DNA of 64,000 bases from Prochlorococcus sp. AG-418-K17 (GCA_003214055.1 QCMD01000005.1:802-64801), one strand, 5' to 3'. Positions 20,245 through 29,900 are shown, counted from the first letter of the stretch. The notes: a model not told the origin generated them from the sequence alone. Numbers and translations are program-made.

Positions 20245-22527
20245 ATGAAAAAAACATTAGCTGTTGCAAGTTTTTCAGCATTACTTGCAATTGTCGCCTC
20301 CTCTACAAGTAGCGTATTTGCAAATTGGAATACAAAATATTGGGCAAATGAAAAAAACTTCAACAGAATTTCTTCTTTTAATGTAAGTGACAATTTACCA
20401 GACGGATCAAAATCTACAACCAAAACTTCTTCAGAGGTTGTTACAGCTTCAGAAGATGGAAAGACTTTGATGTATACAGATAGCGATCTAGGAGTAGTAG
20501 GTTTAGTTGATATCTCAGACCCTGCAAACCCTATAGCATTGGGAGTTATTGAACTTGAGGCAGAACCAACTGGAATTGCAGCACTTGGAAATAATGCTTA
20601 TATAGGTTCGAATACATCTGAAAGTTATACAAATCCTTCAGGAGCATTAGTTCAATACAATTTAGAAACAAGAAAAGCAGTAAAAGAATGTGATTTAGGT
20701 GGGCAGCCTGATAGCGTTTTTGTTTCACCAGACGGAACATTTCTAGCTGTCGCTATAGAAAATGAAAGGGATGAAGAATATAAAAATGGATTTATCCCTC
20801 AAATTGATGACAATGGCATTCAAATTAATCCTGCAGGTTATGTTTCTCTTGTGAATTTAAACAAAAGAGGAAAAATACAATGTAACTCAATTAAAAAAGT
20901 AGATTTAACAGGCTTATCCGAAATAGCTCCTTTTGATCCCGAACCAGAATTCGTTGCTATTAATGATCTTGGTGAAACAGTTGTCTCTCTTCAAGAAAAC
21001 AACCATCTTGCAGTAATTGATAAAGATGGAAATGTAATATCACATTTCTCGGCAGGAGTTGTAAAACAAATGGCAGGAATGGATACAAAGAAAGATGGAG
21101 CACATAAATTTAAAAGCAAACTAAAGAATGTAAGAAGAGAACCCGATGGTCTTACTTGGATTGATAATGACCATTTTGCAACAGCAAATGAAGGCGATTA
21201 CAAGCATATTGATCCAAATCAGGCAAAAAGAGGTGGTTCAAGATCCTGGACTATTTTTAAAAAAGATGGAACAGTAGTTTATGAAGATGCAAATAGACTT
21301 GAAAGAGCAATTGCACAAATAGGTCATTTCCAAGATGGGAGAGCAGGTAAAAAGGGAGTAGAACCTGAGTCAGTTACATATTCAAAAATTAATGGAACGC
21401 CCTATCTATTTGTTGGTGCTGAACGAGCTGGGATAGTAGCTGTTTACGATATCACAGAACTAAATCAACCTTTGCTTACTCAATTACTTCCATCAGGCAT
21501 TGGACCAGAGGGATTTGTCGCAATTCCAGAGAGGGGATTAATTGCCTCAGCAAATGAAAAAGACTACAACAAAAAAGAACCTGGTTTATCTTCTCATGTG
21601 ACTATTTATCAACTACAAGATGCTCCTGCTTCATACCCACATTTAACAAATGAAAATGGCCTTGAATTTGTATCTTGGGGTGCGATAAGTGGAATGGTTG
21701 CTGGTGATGACGGTAAAATTTATGCTGTAAATGATGGGACTTTTAAAACTCAGCCAAGAATTTACGTTATTGATGCTTCATCTTCCCCAGCACTATTAGA
21801 AAGAGCTATAGATATAAAGCTAGATGGTAAGACTGCATTATTTATGGATCAAGAGGGTATTACTACTGATGGTAATGGTGGATTCTACATTTCTACTGAA
21901 GGAATCAAGAAAAAGCTAGATGAACATCCTCCTGCAATCTACCATGTAAGCTCAGATGGTGAAATTTTAGAGAAGATAACTCCACCACCTTCATATCTTA
22001 ATTATGCTAAAAATCCTGGTTTTGAAGGCATAACAAGGAATGGGGATATTCTTTATATTGCTCAACAGAAGCCTTGGGGTGATGATGCTTTCAATACTAC
22101 TAAGATCCTTTCCTATAATTTAAAAACCAAAAAGTGGGGGGCCGTAAATTATCAATTAGATAGGATCAAAAAAGGTGGCGTTGGCATTTCAGAATTGACT
22201 TACCATGACGGGGCACTTTATGTAATCGAAAGAGATAGTTTCTATGGAAAGAAAGCAAAATTGAAAGCTATATATAAAATAGGTTTAGATGATGTTATTT
22301 TCGAAGGTCTTCAGACTAATATTCCTCCCAGACTTTATCCTTTAGTTGAAAAAGAGTTAGTTACTGATCTAAAACCAGTAATGAATTCTACGGGTGGTTT
22401 TATCCTTGAAAAGGTTGAAGGCTTAGCAATAACAAGCGACGGGCAAGCATGGATTTCAACTGACAACGACGGGACTGGAAAGAAATCAACTGGTGAAACT
22501 CTTTTCCTAAATATTGGGAAAATCTAG
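20245..22527 (+). CDS. phoA: Secreted atypical alkaline phosphatase (beta-propeller plus esterase/phytase-like domain)
   Basis: Signal peptide, AIENE, EPD...TANEGD, KGVEPE, GPEG, EKVEG...DNDG motifs; position between porin and phoR. Confidence 0.8.
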   Translation: MKKTLAVASFSALLAIVASSTSSVFANWNTKYWANEKNFNRISSFNVSDNLPDGSKSTTKTSSEVVTASEDGKTLMYTDSDLGVVGLVDISDPANPIALGVIELEAEPTGIAALGNNAYIGSNTSESYTNPSGALVQYNLETRKAVKECDLGGQPDSVFVSPDGTFLAVAIENERDEEYKNGFIPQIDDNGIQINPAGYVSLVNLNKRGKIQCNSIKKVDLTGLSEIAPFDPEPEFVAINDLGETVVSLQENNHLAVIDKDGNVISHFSAGVVKQMAGMDTKKDGAHKFKSKLKNVRREPDGLTWIDNDHFATANEGDYKHIDPNQAKRGGSRSWTIFKKDGTVVYEDANRLERAIAQIGHFQDGRAGKKGVEPESVTYSKINGTPYLFVGAERAGIVAVYDITELNQPLLTQLLPSGIGPEGFVAIPERGLIASANEKDYNKKEPGLSSHVTIYQLQDAPASYPHLTNENGLEFVSWGAISGMVAGDDGKIYAVNDGTFKTQPRIYVIDASSSPALLERAIDIKLDGKTALFMDQEGITTDGNGGFYISTEGIKKKLDEHPPAIYHVSSDGEILEKITPPPSYLNYAKNPGFEGITRNGDILYIAQQKPWGDDAFNTTKILSYNLKTKKWGAVNYQLDRIKKGGVGISELTYHDGALYVIERDSFYGKKAKLKAIYKIGLDDVIFEGLQTNIPPRLYPLVEKELVTDLKPVMNSTGGFILEKVEGLAITSDGQAWISTDNDGTGKKSTGETLFLNIGKI

Positions 22528-22542
22528 TTAAAAATAATAATG

Positions 22543-22573
22543 AAAGTCACCTTTCACATAAGGTGGCTTTTTT
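22543..22573 (+). terminator. Intrinsic terminator after phoA
   Basis: AAAGTCACCTT-tcacat-AAGGTGGCTTTTTT. Confidence 0.8.
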
Positions 22574-22603
22574 ACAGTTCTTATATTTAAAAAAAGTTAA
22601 ATC

Positions 22604-22930
22604 ATGAAATACCTAATATTTATTATTTTATTCATCGCCCCAGTTAAAGCTGAAACAAAATATTATTGGCAGGGTGTAAGGCATTATTTAAATCGACCCA
22701 AACTAATGATAGAAGCATGCAAAGATATGAAAGAAGAAAATGAAATTGGAACATCTGCTTTCGAGAGTATGTACATGCCAACATTACCTGATAGGCTTTG
22801 GTTAGCTATTGGCAAAAGAGATTCTTATTGGGCAGATGACTCCAAAGAAGGAAGCATTCTTTTTACAAGAGAAGGGGTTTTGAATTTAAAAAAATTTATT
22901 GCAGAAAAATCATGTCCTAATATTTTTTAA
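22604..22930 (+). CDS. Secreted hypothetical protein
   Basis: Signal peptide (...APVKA), two Cys. Confidence 0.7.
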   Translation: MKYLIFIILFIAPVKAETKYYWQGVRHYLNRPKLMIEACKDMKEENEIGTSAFESMYMPTLPDRLWLAIGKRDSYWADDSKEGSILFTREGVLNLKKFIAEKSCPNIF

Positions 22931-22940
22931 ATTTTCCCTA

Positions 22941-24098
22941 TCAATCTGTATTAAGACACGGAAAGATAGTTTCAATAATCGCTCCACCATCTTTATGATT
23001 AAATGCCTTTATAAAACCTTTATTATTATTAATTATTTTTTTTGTAATTGAAAGACCTAAACCACTTCCAATTTTCTTAAATTTAGTCCTTGATGGATCC
23101 CCACGATAAAAACGAGAAAAAATGTCATTTGATTCATTTTCTTCTAATCCAATACCTTTATCTCTAACCCTTATAACAACAGAGCTATCTCTCTTAAAAA
23201 TTTCAATTTGTATGCCCTCTTTTGTTGGGGAATAACGAATAGCGTTATCTAAAATATTTATAAATGCTCTTTTTAAATTTTCAATATCCCCAGATATATA
23301 ATATTTTGTTGGAGAAAATAAATTTATTTTTATATTCTTTTTTTCTGCAAGCGGTTTTAGTGTTTGCCAAGATTCCATAATCAAATCTGAAATAGATATT
23401 TTTTTGTTTTTATTAAAATCTTCGCTACTTTCTAGCTTAGAAAGCTCTAAAGTCTCTTCGGCCATTTTTCTTAATCTTTTTGACTCTTTCTTAAGTCTTT
23501 TAACAAGATACCTATCCTTTTTTGATACTACTGATTCAAGTCTTTCCCCAATTAAGATAAGTGATGTAAGAGGGGTTTTCAGTTCATGAGACACATCATT
23601 AATTAATTGATTTTGTCGTTTTTTTATCGATTCAATTGATAATTTACTTTCCAATAATATTAAATAATTCTTTTTCCTTCCTCTAACAATATTTACCGAA
23701 ATGGGTACTCCCGCAATTGTGAAATCAAGGTTGAATGGGAAATCTTTTTTTCTTAAATATAGAATTTTATTACTAAGTGCTTCAAGCTCATTAATATCAT
23801 TAATTGCTTTTCCAATAACATCTTTATATTTGATAACCCTAATAAGAGATAAAGCTTTCTGATTGATAAATTTTATTGTTAGATCAGATGATAAGATTAT
23901 CCACCCTTGCGATGAATAATCTAACCAAGACAACACTTCTTGAGGTCTAATTTTATCAAATGGGAAATCAATAGTTTTTTTATAATTATTTTTATCAACT
24001 TCAATTTTTTTTTCTTTTGATTGAGAAAACTGCTTAACTTGTATTTTCCAATTCTGATGGAAAAACAATAATACTTCTTGTAGTGTTTTCATTTTCAT
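22941..24098 (-). CDS. phoR: Phosphate sensor histidine kinase (no clear TM helix)
   Basis: DVSHELKTPLTS, NILDNAIRYS, DKGIG, GSGLGLSI; 4-bp overlap with phoB. Confidence 0.93.
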   Translation of the reverse strand: MKMKTLQEVLLFFHQNWKIQVKQFSQSKEKKIEVDKNNYKKTIDFPFDKIRPQEVLSWLDYSSQGWIILSSDLTIKFINQKALSLIRVIKYKDVIGKAINDINELEALSNKILYLRKKDFPFNLDFTIAGVPISVNIVRGRKKNYLILLESKLSIESIKKRQNQLINDVSHELKTPLTSLILIGERLESVVSKKDRYLVKRLKKESKRLRKMAEETLELSKLESSEDFNKNKKISISDLIMESWQTLKPLAEKKNIKINLFSPTKYYISGDIENLKRAFINILDNAIRYSPTKEGIQIEIFKRDSSVVIRVRDKGIGLEENESNDIFSRFYRGDPSRTKFKKIGSGLGLSITKKIINNNKGFIKAFNHKDGGAIIETIFPCLNTD

Positions 24099-24823
24099 CC
24101 AAACTTATAGCCAAAACCTCTAACAGTTTTAAGAAACTTTGGAGCAGAGGGATCTTCTTCTAATTTCTCTCTAAGCCATCTAACATGAACATCTACCGTT
24201 TTTGTATCACCGATAAAGTCAATTTCCCATATTTTTTCAAGTATTAAATCCCTTGACCATACTCTTTTTGGATTTTGCAAAAATAACTCTAATAATTTAA
24301 ATTCTTTGGGAGATAATGTTATTTCTTTATCAAAAGAAGTTACCCTGCATTCTTCCAAAAACATTTTTATATGATTAAACTCGAGCACAGTTTTTGATTT
24401 TTCTATATATTTTTTATTACGTTTAGATCTTCTTATTAAGGCTCTAGATCTGGCAATTAATTCATTTAAACCAAAAGGTTTTGTTAAATAATCATCTGCA
24501 CCAACCTCTAATCCAAGAACCCTGTCTGATTCATTATCTTTAGCACTCAAAATTAATATGGGTGTATAGTCTTCTTCATTTCTTATTTTTCTACATAACT
24601 CTAATCCATTTAGTCCTGGCAACATTAAATCTAGAATTATTAGGTCAACATCTTTTTTAATATCATTATTAATAAAATCTAAGGCACTTAAACCGTCTTT
24701 GAAACTTAATACTCTAAAACCTTCGCTGCTCAAGGTTTCACTGACTGTAAGCCTAATACTCTTATCATCCTCTACAAGAAGAATTAGTGAGTTTTGCAAA
24801 CTTTTATGATCTTTAATAGCCAT
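24095..24823 (-). CDS. phoB: Phosphate response regulator (OmpR family)
   Basis: LLVEDD, LDLMLPG, GADDYLTKPF, KTVDVHVRWLREK. Confidence 0.93.
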   Translation of the reverse strand: MAIKDHKSLQNSLILLVEDDKSIRLTVSETLSSEGFRVLSFKDGLSALDFINNDIKKDVDLIILDLMLPGLNGLELCRKIRNEEDYTPILILSAKDNESDRVLGLEVGADDYLTKPFGLNELIARSRALIRRSKRNKKYIEKSKTVLEFNHIKMFLEECRVTSFDKEITLSPKEFKLLELFLQNPKRVWSRDLILEKIWEIDFIGDTKTVDVHVRWLREKLEEDPSAPKFLKTVRGFGYKFG

Positions 24824-24964
24824 TTAAAGTTCCAACAATTTTATTTTATAATATCAAAATTATTTGATCTAAATATTTCATATTTACTTTACATTGAGAC
24901 CTTATTTTTTATTTGATCTTATTAACTTTTTAATTTGTCCTTAAACCTGATTATTTAGCATAAA

Positions 24965-25005
24965 TGCTTCTTAAATTTTCCTCACACAAACATATTTAAG
25001 AAGCA
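24965..25005 (-). terminator. 12-bp hairpin just after the cytochrome gene; loop carries a Yfr1-complementary motif
   Basis: TGCTTCTTAAAT / ATTTAAGAAGCA perfect inverted repeat with a 17-nt loop; short U-tail. Confidence 0.55.
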
Positions 25006-25015
25006 AACTTTTCAT

Positions 25016-25369
25016 TTACTCCCAACCCTTTTCTGCATTTTGAATAATCCATTGTGCAAGAACCTTATCCTCTCCATCCTTCAATTTATTTTTATAACCT
25101 TTCATAAAACCAATCCCATCATTAGCAATTATTGTTATTGAATTTACATCCGCTATTCCTCTTTTTTCAAGGTCGGAAAGTTTTAATGATTTAGATCCTT
25201 TGAGAACGACTGATCCACCTTTTACATGGCAGCCTGCACAAACATTTCTAAAAATAGTTTCTCCATCTCTAATATCAGAAGCCATTAGATATCTATTTTG
25301 CAAAGAGGTTTGAAAAATAATTATTAAAGTTATTGCAGGAATTACAATTAGAAATTTAAACATTTTCAT
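25016..25369 (-). CDS. Cytochrome c6-like protein
   Basis: Signal peptide, CAGCH heme motif, GIGFMKGY axial Met; start uncertain (25363-25387). Confidence 0.88.
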   Translation of the reverse strand: MKMFKFLIVIPAITLIIIFQTSLQNRYLMASDIRDGETIFRNVCAGCHVKGGSVVLKGSKSLKLSDLEKRGIADVNSITIIANDGIGFMKGYKNKLKDGEDKVLAQWIIQNAEKGWE

Positions 25370-25423
25370 TTGATTTATTTCACCCAAAATTAATTTAGCA
25401 ATTAATTCTGAATCTCGATCTAT

Positions 25424-26479
25424 CTATTTTAATAGCTCTACTGCTACGACAAGATTACCCAACAAACCGTTCAAAATATTTAGTTGTTCTTTACTGCCAA
25501 ACGCTATTAATACCTGACCTGGCTGCAGTATGAAATTACCTCCTGGATTGGTAAACAGCTTTTCATTTTCTTTAATGGCTAATATTTTTGCTCCACTCTT
25601 TTTGCCTATTCCAAGTTCCGAGAGTGATCTTTTCTCTGCAGTTTCAAAAAGACTAATATCATTACTTAATTCAAATTCTTCAATTTCACATTCACTTCCT
25701 GCAAGCAGATCAAGAAAGTCAATAGCAATAGGTCTTAAAGCCATTGATGCCATTGCTCTTCCTGCTGCGATATAAGGACTTACAACTATACTTGCCCCGG
25801 CTAATCTCAACTTACTTGCGGCCTCTTCAGTTCCAGCTCTTGCAATTACTCTGATAGAGCTTCTTATACCTTTAGCACTTAAAACAACATATAAATTAGC
25901 AGCGTCATTAGGCAAAGTAACAACCAAACTTTTGCATTTTTCCAATCCTGCCAGTTTTAAAGTCTCATCAAGAGTGGCGTCAGCACAAAGTACTTCTAGA
26001 CCATTTTCTTCCGCAATCTTTTTTCTATCTTCATCACTCTCAACGACGATAATAGGAATGTTTTGCGTTTTAATTTGATTAGATATTTCCTGACCGACTC
26101 TTCCATATCCGCACAAAATTACATGATTTTCCATTTTTCTAAGAAGTCTTTTAAAACGTAATTCGTTTACTCTTTGAAAATAGCCGGATTCGAATAATCT
26201 AACAGCTTTTTGAAAGGTAAATTGAATAAATATCAATCCGCCAACGATTACTAAAACAGTTACGATTCTGCCTTCAGGACTTAAAGGTTGAACTTCTCCA
26301 AAACCAATAGTGGTTATTGTGATCAGAACCATCCATAAGCAATCACTCCATTCCCATCCTTCTGTTATTCGATAGCCAATTGCACCTAAAAAAAACAGAA
26401 AGAATAAAGAATAAATAAGACCAAACCAAGGCCTTAAATAGTCTTTAATAAAATAGAACTCAAATAATCTAAGCTTCAT
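25424..26479 (-). CDS. Potassium channel with TrkA-N/C (RCK) domains
   Basis: TITTIGFGE selectivity filter, CGYGRVG. Confidence 0.93.
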   Translation of the reverse strand: MKLRLFEFYFIKDYLRPWFGLIYSLFFLFFLGAIGYRITEGWEWSDCLWMVLITITTIGFGEVQPLSPEGRIVTVLVIVGGLIFIQFTFQKAVRLFESGYFQRVNELRFKRLLRKMENHVILCGYGRVGQEISNQIKTQNIPIIVVESDEDRKKIAEENGLEVLCADATLDETLKLAGLEKCKSLVVTLPNDAANLYVVLSAKGIRSSIRVIARAGTEEAASKLRLAGASIVVSPYIAAGRAMASMALRPIAIDFLDLLAGSECEIEEFELSNDISLFETAEKRSLSELGIGKKSGAKILAIKENEKLFTNPGGNFILQPGQVLIAFGSKEQLNILNGLLGNLVVAVELLK

Positions 26480-26662
26480 ATTCCTTATTATCGTTAACTA
26501 TTCAAAAATTTCAAAAAAATTTTCTATTATGTTCCTAAAACTATTTATTTGTTTAAGTGAAATATATATTAAGCAGAATAATAATATTTATTTTCGTGGC
26601 TCTATGCATTAAACAAATGATTACTGTCTCAGGTCTTATTTAATGCTTCATTAAAAAATAAT

Positions 26663-26794
26663 TCAAGGTTTTACTTGTACCGATTCAATTAGAAAATCAG
26701 AAGCTGCCTTTAACCAATCAGCGACCGTAAGACGAAGGTCAGGTTGAGAATATACAAGCGCGACAATAATTCCAACTAAGATTATCTTTACCAT
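26663..26794 (-). CDS. 43-aa membrane-anchored microprotein
   Basis: MVKIILVGIIVALVYSQPDLRLTVADWLKAASDFLIESVQVKP. Confidence 0.7.
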   Translation of the reverse strand: MVKIILVGIIVALVYSQPDLRLTVADWLKAASDFLIESVQVKP

Positions 26795-26871
26795 GGCATT
26801 TCAAATATTCTTATGAATTAAAGCACACCTATTTAGTAAAAAGAACCTTAAATTTATAAAAAATAGATTAA

Positions 26872-27225
26872 TTAAAATTTTTCTAATTGATTAAACAAAT
26901 ATTCAACTCTTCTAAGATTTACACCTAAATCAGACTGGCCTAATCTTGCTGCAGATCTTATCTGAATAATTCCTTTTGATCTATCTACATAACTTCTTAC
27001 GTCAAGCTTTAAAATTTCAAGATCGTCAGGAAATCTAAAAATCAAGCTCCTGCAAACACCTCTCCAATAATTTCTTCCACTTTCAATAACTTCTGTCCGA
27101 GGTAACCCTTCTGCCAGAGAAACAAGTTGAATAAACTTCTGATCAACATTTATTAGTTTCTTTTCTATTAAGACACTATTTAATGGATTGGTTATTGGAG
27201 CAAGACCTTGAATGGAAGAAACCAT
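26872..27225 (-). CDS. DUF1499-family protein
   Basis: SLIFRFPDDLE, IRSAARLGQSDLGVNLRRV; ATG at 27225 preferred. Confidence 0.85.
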   Translation of the reverse strand: MVSSIQGLAPITNPLNSVLIEKKLINVDQKFIQLVSLAEGLPRTEVIESGRNYWRGVCRSLIFRFPDDLEILKLDVRSYVDRSKGIIQIRSAARLGQSDLGVNLRRVEYLFNQLEKF

Positions 27226-27346
27226 ATATTTTAAGAACAATATAGATGTTCTAACCCATTTCACATACAAAGTGAGAGAAAAAAGTAAATAATTTTCCCA
27301 TAAATTTGATCTTTTTATAAAGATTCCTTATTTTGTGATCAAAATT

Positions 27347-27484
27347 CTAAAATTTAAGATTTTTTATTGTTTTTTTTGATAGAGATGGTTGCCTACTTTG
27401 TTTACTATTTAGTTTCCTAACCCATAAAAAAACTCCCACAAACAAAAAAATTTCAACAATAATTCCAACCTTTATTAAACTCAT
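27347..27484 (-). CDS. 45-aa membrane microprotein
   Basis: MSLIKVGIIVEIFLFVGVFLWVRK...; ATGA-coupled to the upstream ORF. Confidence 0.65.
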   Translation of the reverse strand: MSLIKVGIIVEIFLFVGVFLWVRKLNSKQSRQPSLSKKTIKNLKF

Positions 27485-27573
27485 TTTTTTTCCTCTTTTT
27501 TCTTGTTGGTGCCCTCTATGTATGGCACAAGGATAAGTAACAACCATTTTTTAAATAAACTTAACGGTTTCAT
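27481..27573 (-). CDS. 30-aa microprotein
   Basis: MKPLSLFKKWLLLILVPYIEGTNKKKEEKK; starts 7 nt after the upstream stop; its TGA overlaps the next ATG. Confidence 0.55.
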   Translation of the reverse strand: MKPLSLFKKWLLLILVPYIEGTNKKKEEKK

Positions 27574-27580
27574 AATCTAT

Positions 27581-27964
27581 TTACTTGCCTTTTCTCCACA
27601 TACTCCTCCCTTTAATGAGATCCTCTATATTTGGCCAGGCTGCTATTAATTCTTTAAGTGCCTTTCTATTAGGAGTATAGAAAACACATGACAATGCACT
27701 TATTACATAAAGTATGAACCATAACTTATTTTCTGAATAAGCTAGAAACAAAGAGAAAAGAAAACTTCCAATAAAGAAAAAGAAAAATGATCTATTTAAT
27801 ATTTCTAATGGAGTTCTTTTAAGTCTGTAGAATTTAATCTTTTTAATATCTTCTTCAGTATCTTTCTGAAATTTACTTTCGTATGAATTAATTATTTCTT
27901 CTTCAAGAACCTTTTCATACTCTAAATTATCAATTGGATCGCAATTATCACTTTTGTTTATCAT
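27581..27964 (-). CDS. Hypothetical two-TM membrane protein
   Basis: 127-aa ORF, two hydrophobic segments. Confidence 0.8.
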   Translation of the reverse strand: MINKSDNCDPIDNLEYEKVLEEEIINSYESKFQKDTEEDIKKIKFYRLKRTPLEILNRSFFFFFIGSFLFSLFLAYSENKLWFILYVISALSCVFYTPNRKALKELIAAWPNIEDLIKGRSMWRKGK

Positions 27965-28245
27965 TAAAGTACGTTAATCATAAACATCGTAACTAATTTA
28001 TTGTATTTTAAAAAGTATCAAATTTTCTCTATTAACTTAAGCTATACGAACAGATCATGGTTTTGAAAATACTTCAAGATTGTCTTATTTATAAAAGATA
28101 AATTGGTTAAAATATTTTTTTTAATTTTCCCAAATCTTTCTGTCATTTTAAAAACACTTCTATAAATTTCATAGCATTAATTAAATTGGGAGGCAATATC
28201 TAAATCTAGAGTTAATATAGTTTAGAGATTTTAATAATAATCTAT

Positions 28246-28557
28246 ATGCAAAGGTATTTGATTTCCTACGAATTTACAGATGGCGAGGATCAAGAAGAAG
28301 GGGCAGAAATGCTTATTAATTGGTATGAATCAGGTGGCCCCCAAAACCGACCTGAAAACTATGAGGTTCATTCTTGGATTTTTATGGTTCAAAATGGGAT
28401 TGGACATTCTGTAGTGAGTGCAGATTCTCTTGAGACAATTTGGAAGCAATGGCATCCCTGGAGAAGGTTAATGGATATTAGTATTCAGCCCTGTATGGAT
28501 CTTGATGAGACAGTCGGATTGTTCAAAAAACAAAAAATGAATACACGAATATTCTAA
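28246..28557 (+). CDS. DUF3303-family protein
   Basis: YLISYEF...GHSVVSADSLETIWKQWHPW...IQPC pattern. Confidence 0.75.
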   Translation: MQRYLISYEFTDGEDQEEGAEMLINWYESGGPQNRPENYEVHSWIFMVQNGIGHSVVSADSLETIWKQWHPWRRLMDISIQPCMDLDETVGLFKKQKMNTRIF

Positions 28558-28593
28558 AAGTATTTGTAACTCCTAATTATAAATTTCTTTTTA

Positions 28594-28607
28594 GTAGCAC
28601 TTAATAC
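28594..28607. promoter_or_regulatory. Possible NtcA site
   Basis: GTA-gcacttaa-TAC, 48 nt upstream of ORF 28656. Confidence 0.4.
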
Positions 28608-28655
28608 TACATACAAATTTCACTGCGTTAAAAAGGATAAGATTTATTTTCCATA

Positions 28656-28847
28656 ATGAATGATTCTTATCACATTTACTTCAAAGGAGAAATTCTTTTC
28701 AAGAATTTAAGTAAAGATGAATTCGAATTTGTTTGGGGAAAACTTTATACATCATATATAAATGCCCTAAATAAAGAGCTAACCTACGAATTAATTAGCG
28801 AAAACAATATTATGGAGCCGGCCTTTAACCTTGAGCCATCTTACTGA
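28656..28847 (+). CDS. Small hypothetical protein (resembles T4-like cyanophage hypotheticals)
   Basis: YHIYFKGEILFKNLSKDEFEFVW; phage resemblance is from recall and unverified. Confidence 0.7.
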   Translation: MNDSYHIYFKGEILFKNLSKDEFEFVWGKLYTSYINALNKELTYELISENNIMEPAFNLEPSY

Positions 28848-28867
28848 ATCAAGAACTAATTTCCAGA

Positions 28868-29110
28868 TCATGAATAAAACAAGAAAAGCTTCCTCTCTTT
28901 AATTTTGAGGTACTCTTTCTCTTCTTTAGTTATATCCAAAGCCAATTTATTTGCCTCAATTTCGACATTCGAATTATAAATTTCAAATTTCTCTTCTCTT
29001 TTAAATAGGGCAACGATGCCAATATCTGTTATGAACCAAATAAAATGAAAAGTTTCTCCAATTGGCTCCTCTTTCAAGGAGTCAATAATCAAATCACAGG
29101 TTGAATCCAT
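28868..29110 (-). CDS. Hypothetical protein, 80 aa
   Basis: ORF with protein-like composition. Confidence 0.7.
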   Translation of the reverse strand: MDSTCDLIIDSLKEEPIGETFHFIWFITDIGIVALFKREEKFEIYNSNVEIEANKLALDITKEEKEYLKIKERKLFLFYS

Positions 29111-29131
29111 TTAATTATTCTGAGAAGGTTT

Positions 29132-29368
29132 TTAGTTGCCCCCGTTGCAATACCTTACAGCCTCAGAATTGGTACCACCATCTTCAATAATTTCGGCAAC
29201 ACATTTATTAAAAAGTTTAGACTCTTTTTTTAATGAACAGAATCCAAAAGCTATGGCAGCTAAAGCTATTGCAGATACGAAACTAGAACCAAGTTGTATA
29301 AAACCATAGGCAAACATAATGTTCTTTTTCCCAGAACATTTTTTTGAATCCTTTTTTTCTTCTGTCAT
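29132..29368 (-). CDS. Small membrane protein with C-terminal Cys pair
   Basis: One TM, FNKCV...AVRYCNGG. Confidence 0.75.
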   Translation of the reverse strand: MTEEKKDSKKCSGKKNIMFAYGFIQLGSSFVSAIALAAIAFGFCSLKKESKLFNKCVAEIIEDGGTNSEAVRYCNGGN

Positions 29369-29728
29369 TTAATTTTTTTAACTTAGTTAACCTTATTTGA
29401 TTAGTTTTAGGTTTGAGAAATATTTTCAGAGAGAAAACCGAATTAAATAATTTATACTCAGCTATGACAAAAATTTAAAATTTCAAGTTTTGATTGATTT
29501 TTCTTCACTTTAATTTTCAATTTGATACATCATTAAGAAATAACTTTTTAAATTTTTTATCAACAAGAGCTTCTGGGATAGAAAATTTATCTTTTTTAAA
29601 AAGTAATGATCCCCCTGTTATAACAGTAGATTATGTTACTTTTTAAACTATATTTTATTTTTTTTGATGAAGTATTAATACTTAAAAATTTTTACAGAAA
29701 AGCTTGTTTTGATCATGCTCCCGAAGAG

Positions 29729-29840
29729 TTATCCACTTTTTAAGCGTTTTTCAACAGGGTTTTCCACAATATGTTGATTAAATTTGAATTTCTATGTGCA
29801 AAATAAAATATTATCTTCTTTTAAGAAAAAACTATCCACA
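29729..29840. promoter_or_regulatory. DnaA-box cluster
   Basis: TTATCCACT 29729, TTTTCAACA 29748, TTTTCCACA 29760, reverse TAATCAACA 29772, reverse TTTTGCACA 29795, CTATCCACA 29832. Confidence 0.7.
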
Positions 29841-29900
29841 ATTTTTTTTTGGGATCACTAGGATTTCAGATGTCTTTAAATAATTTTAATAACAAACCTC

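Noticed and set aside
27485-27547. N-terminal extension MVVTYPCAIH... of the 66-aa track ORF
   Set aside because: Better explained by a separate 30-aa ORF in another frame with ATGA coupling
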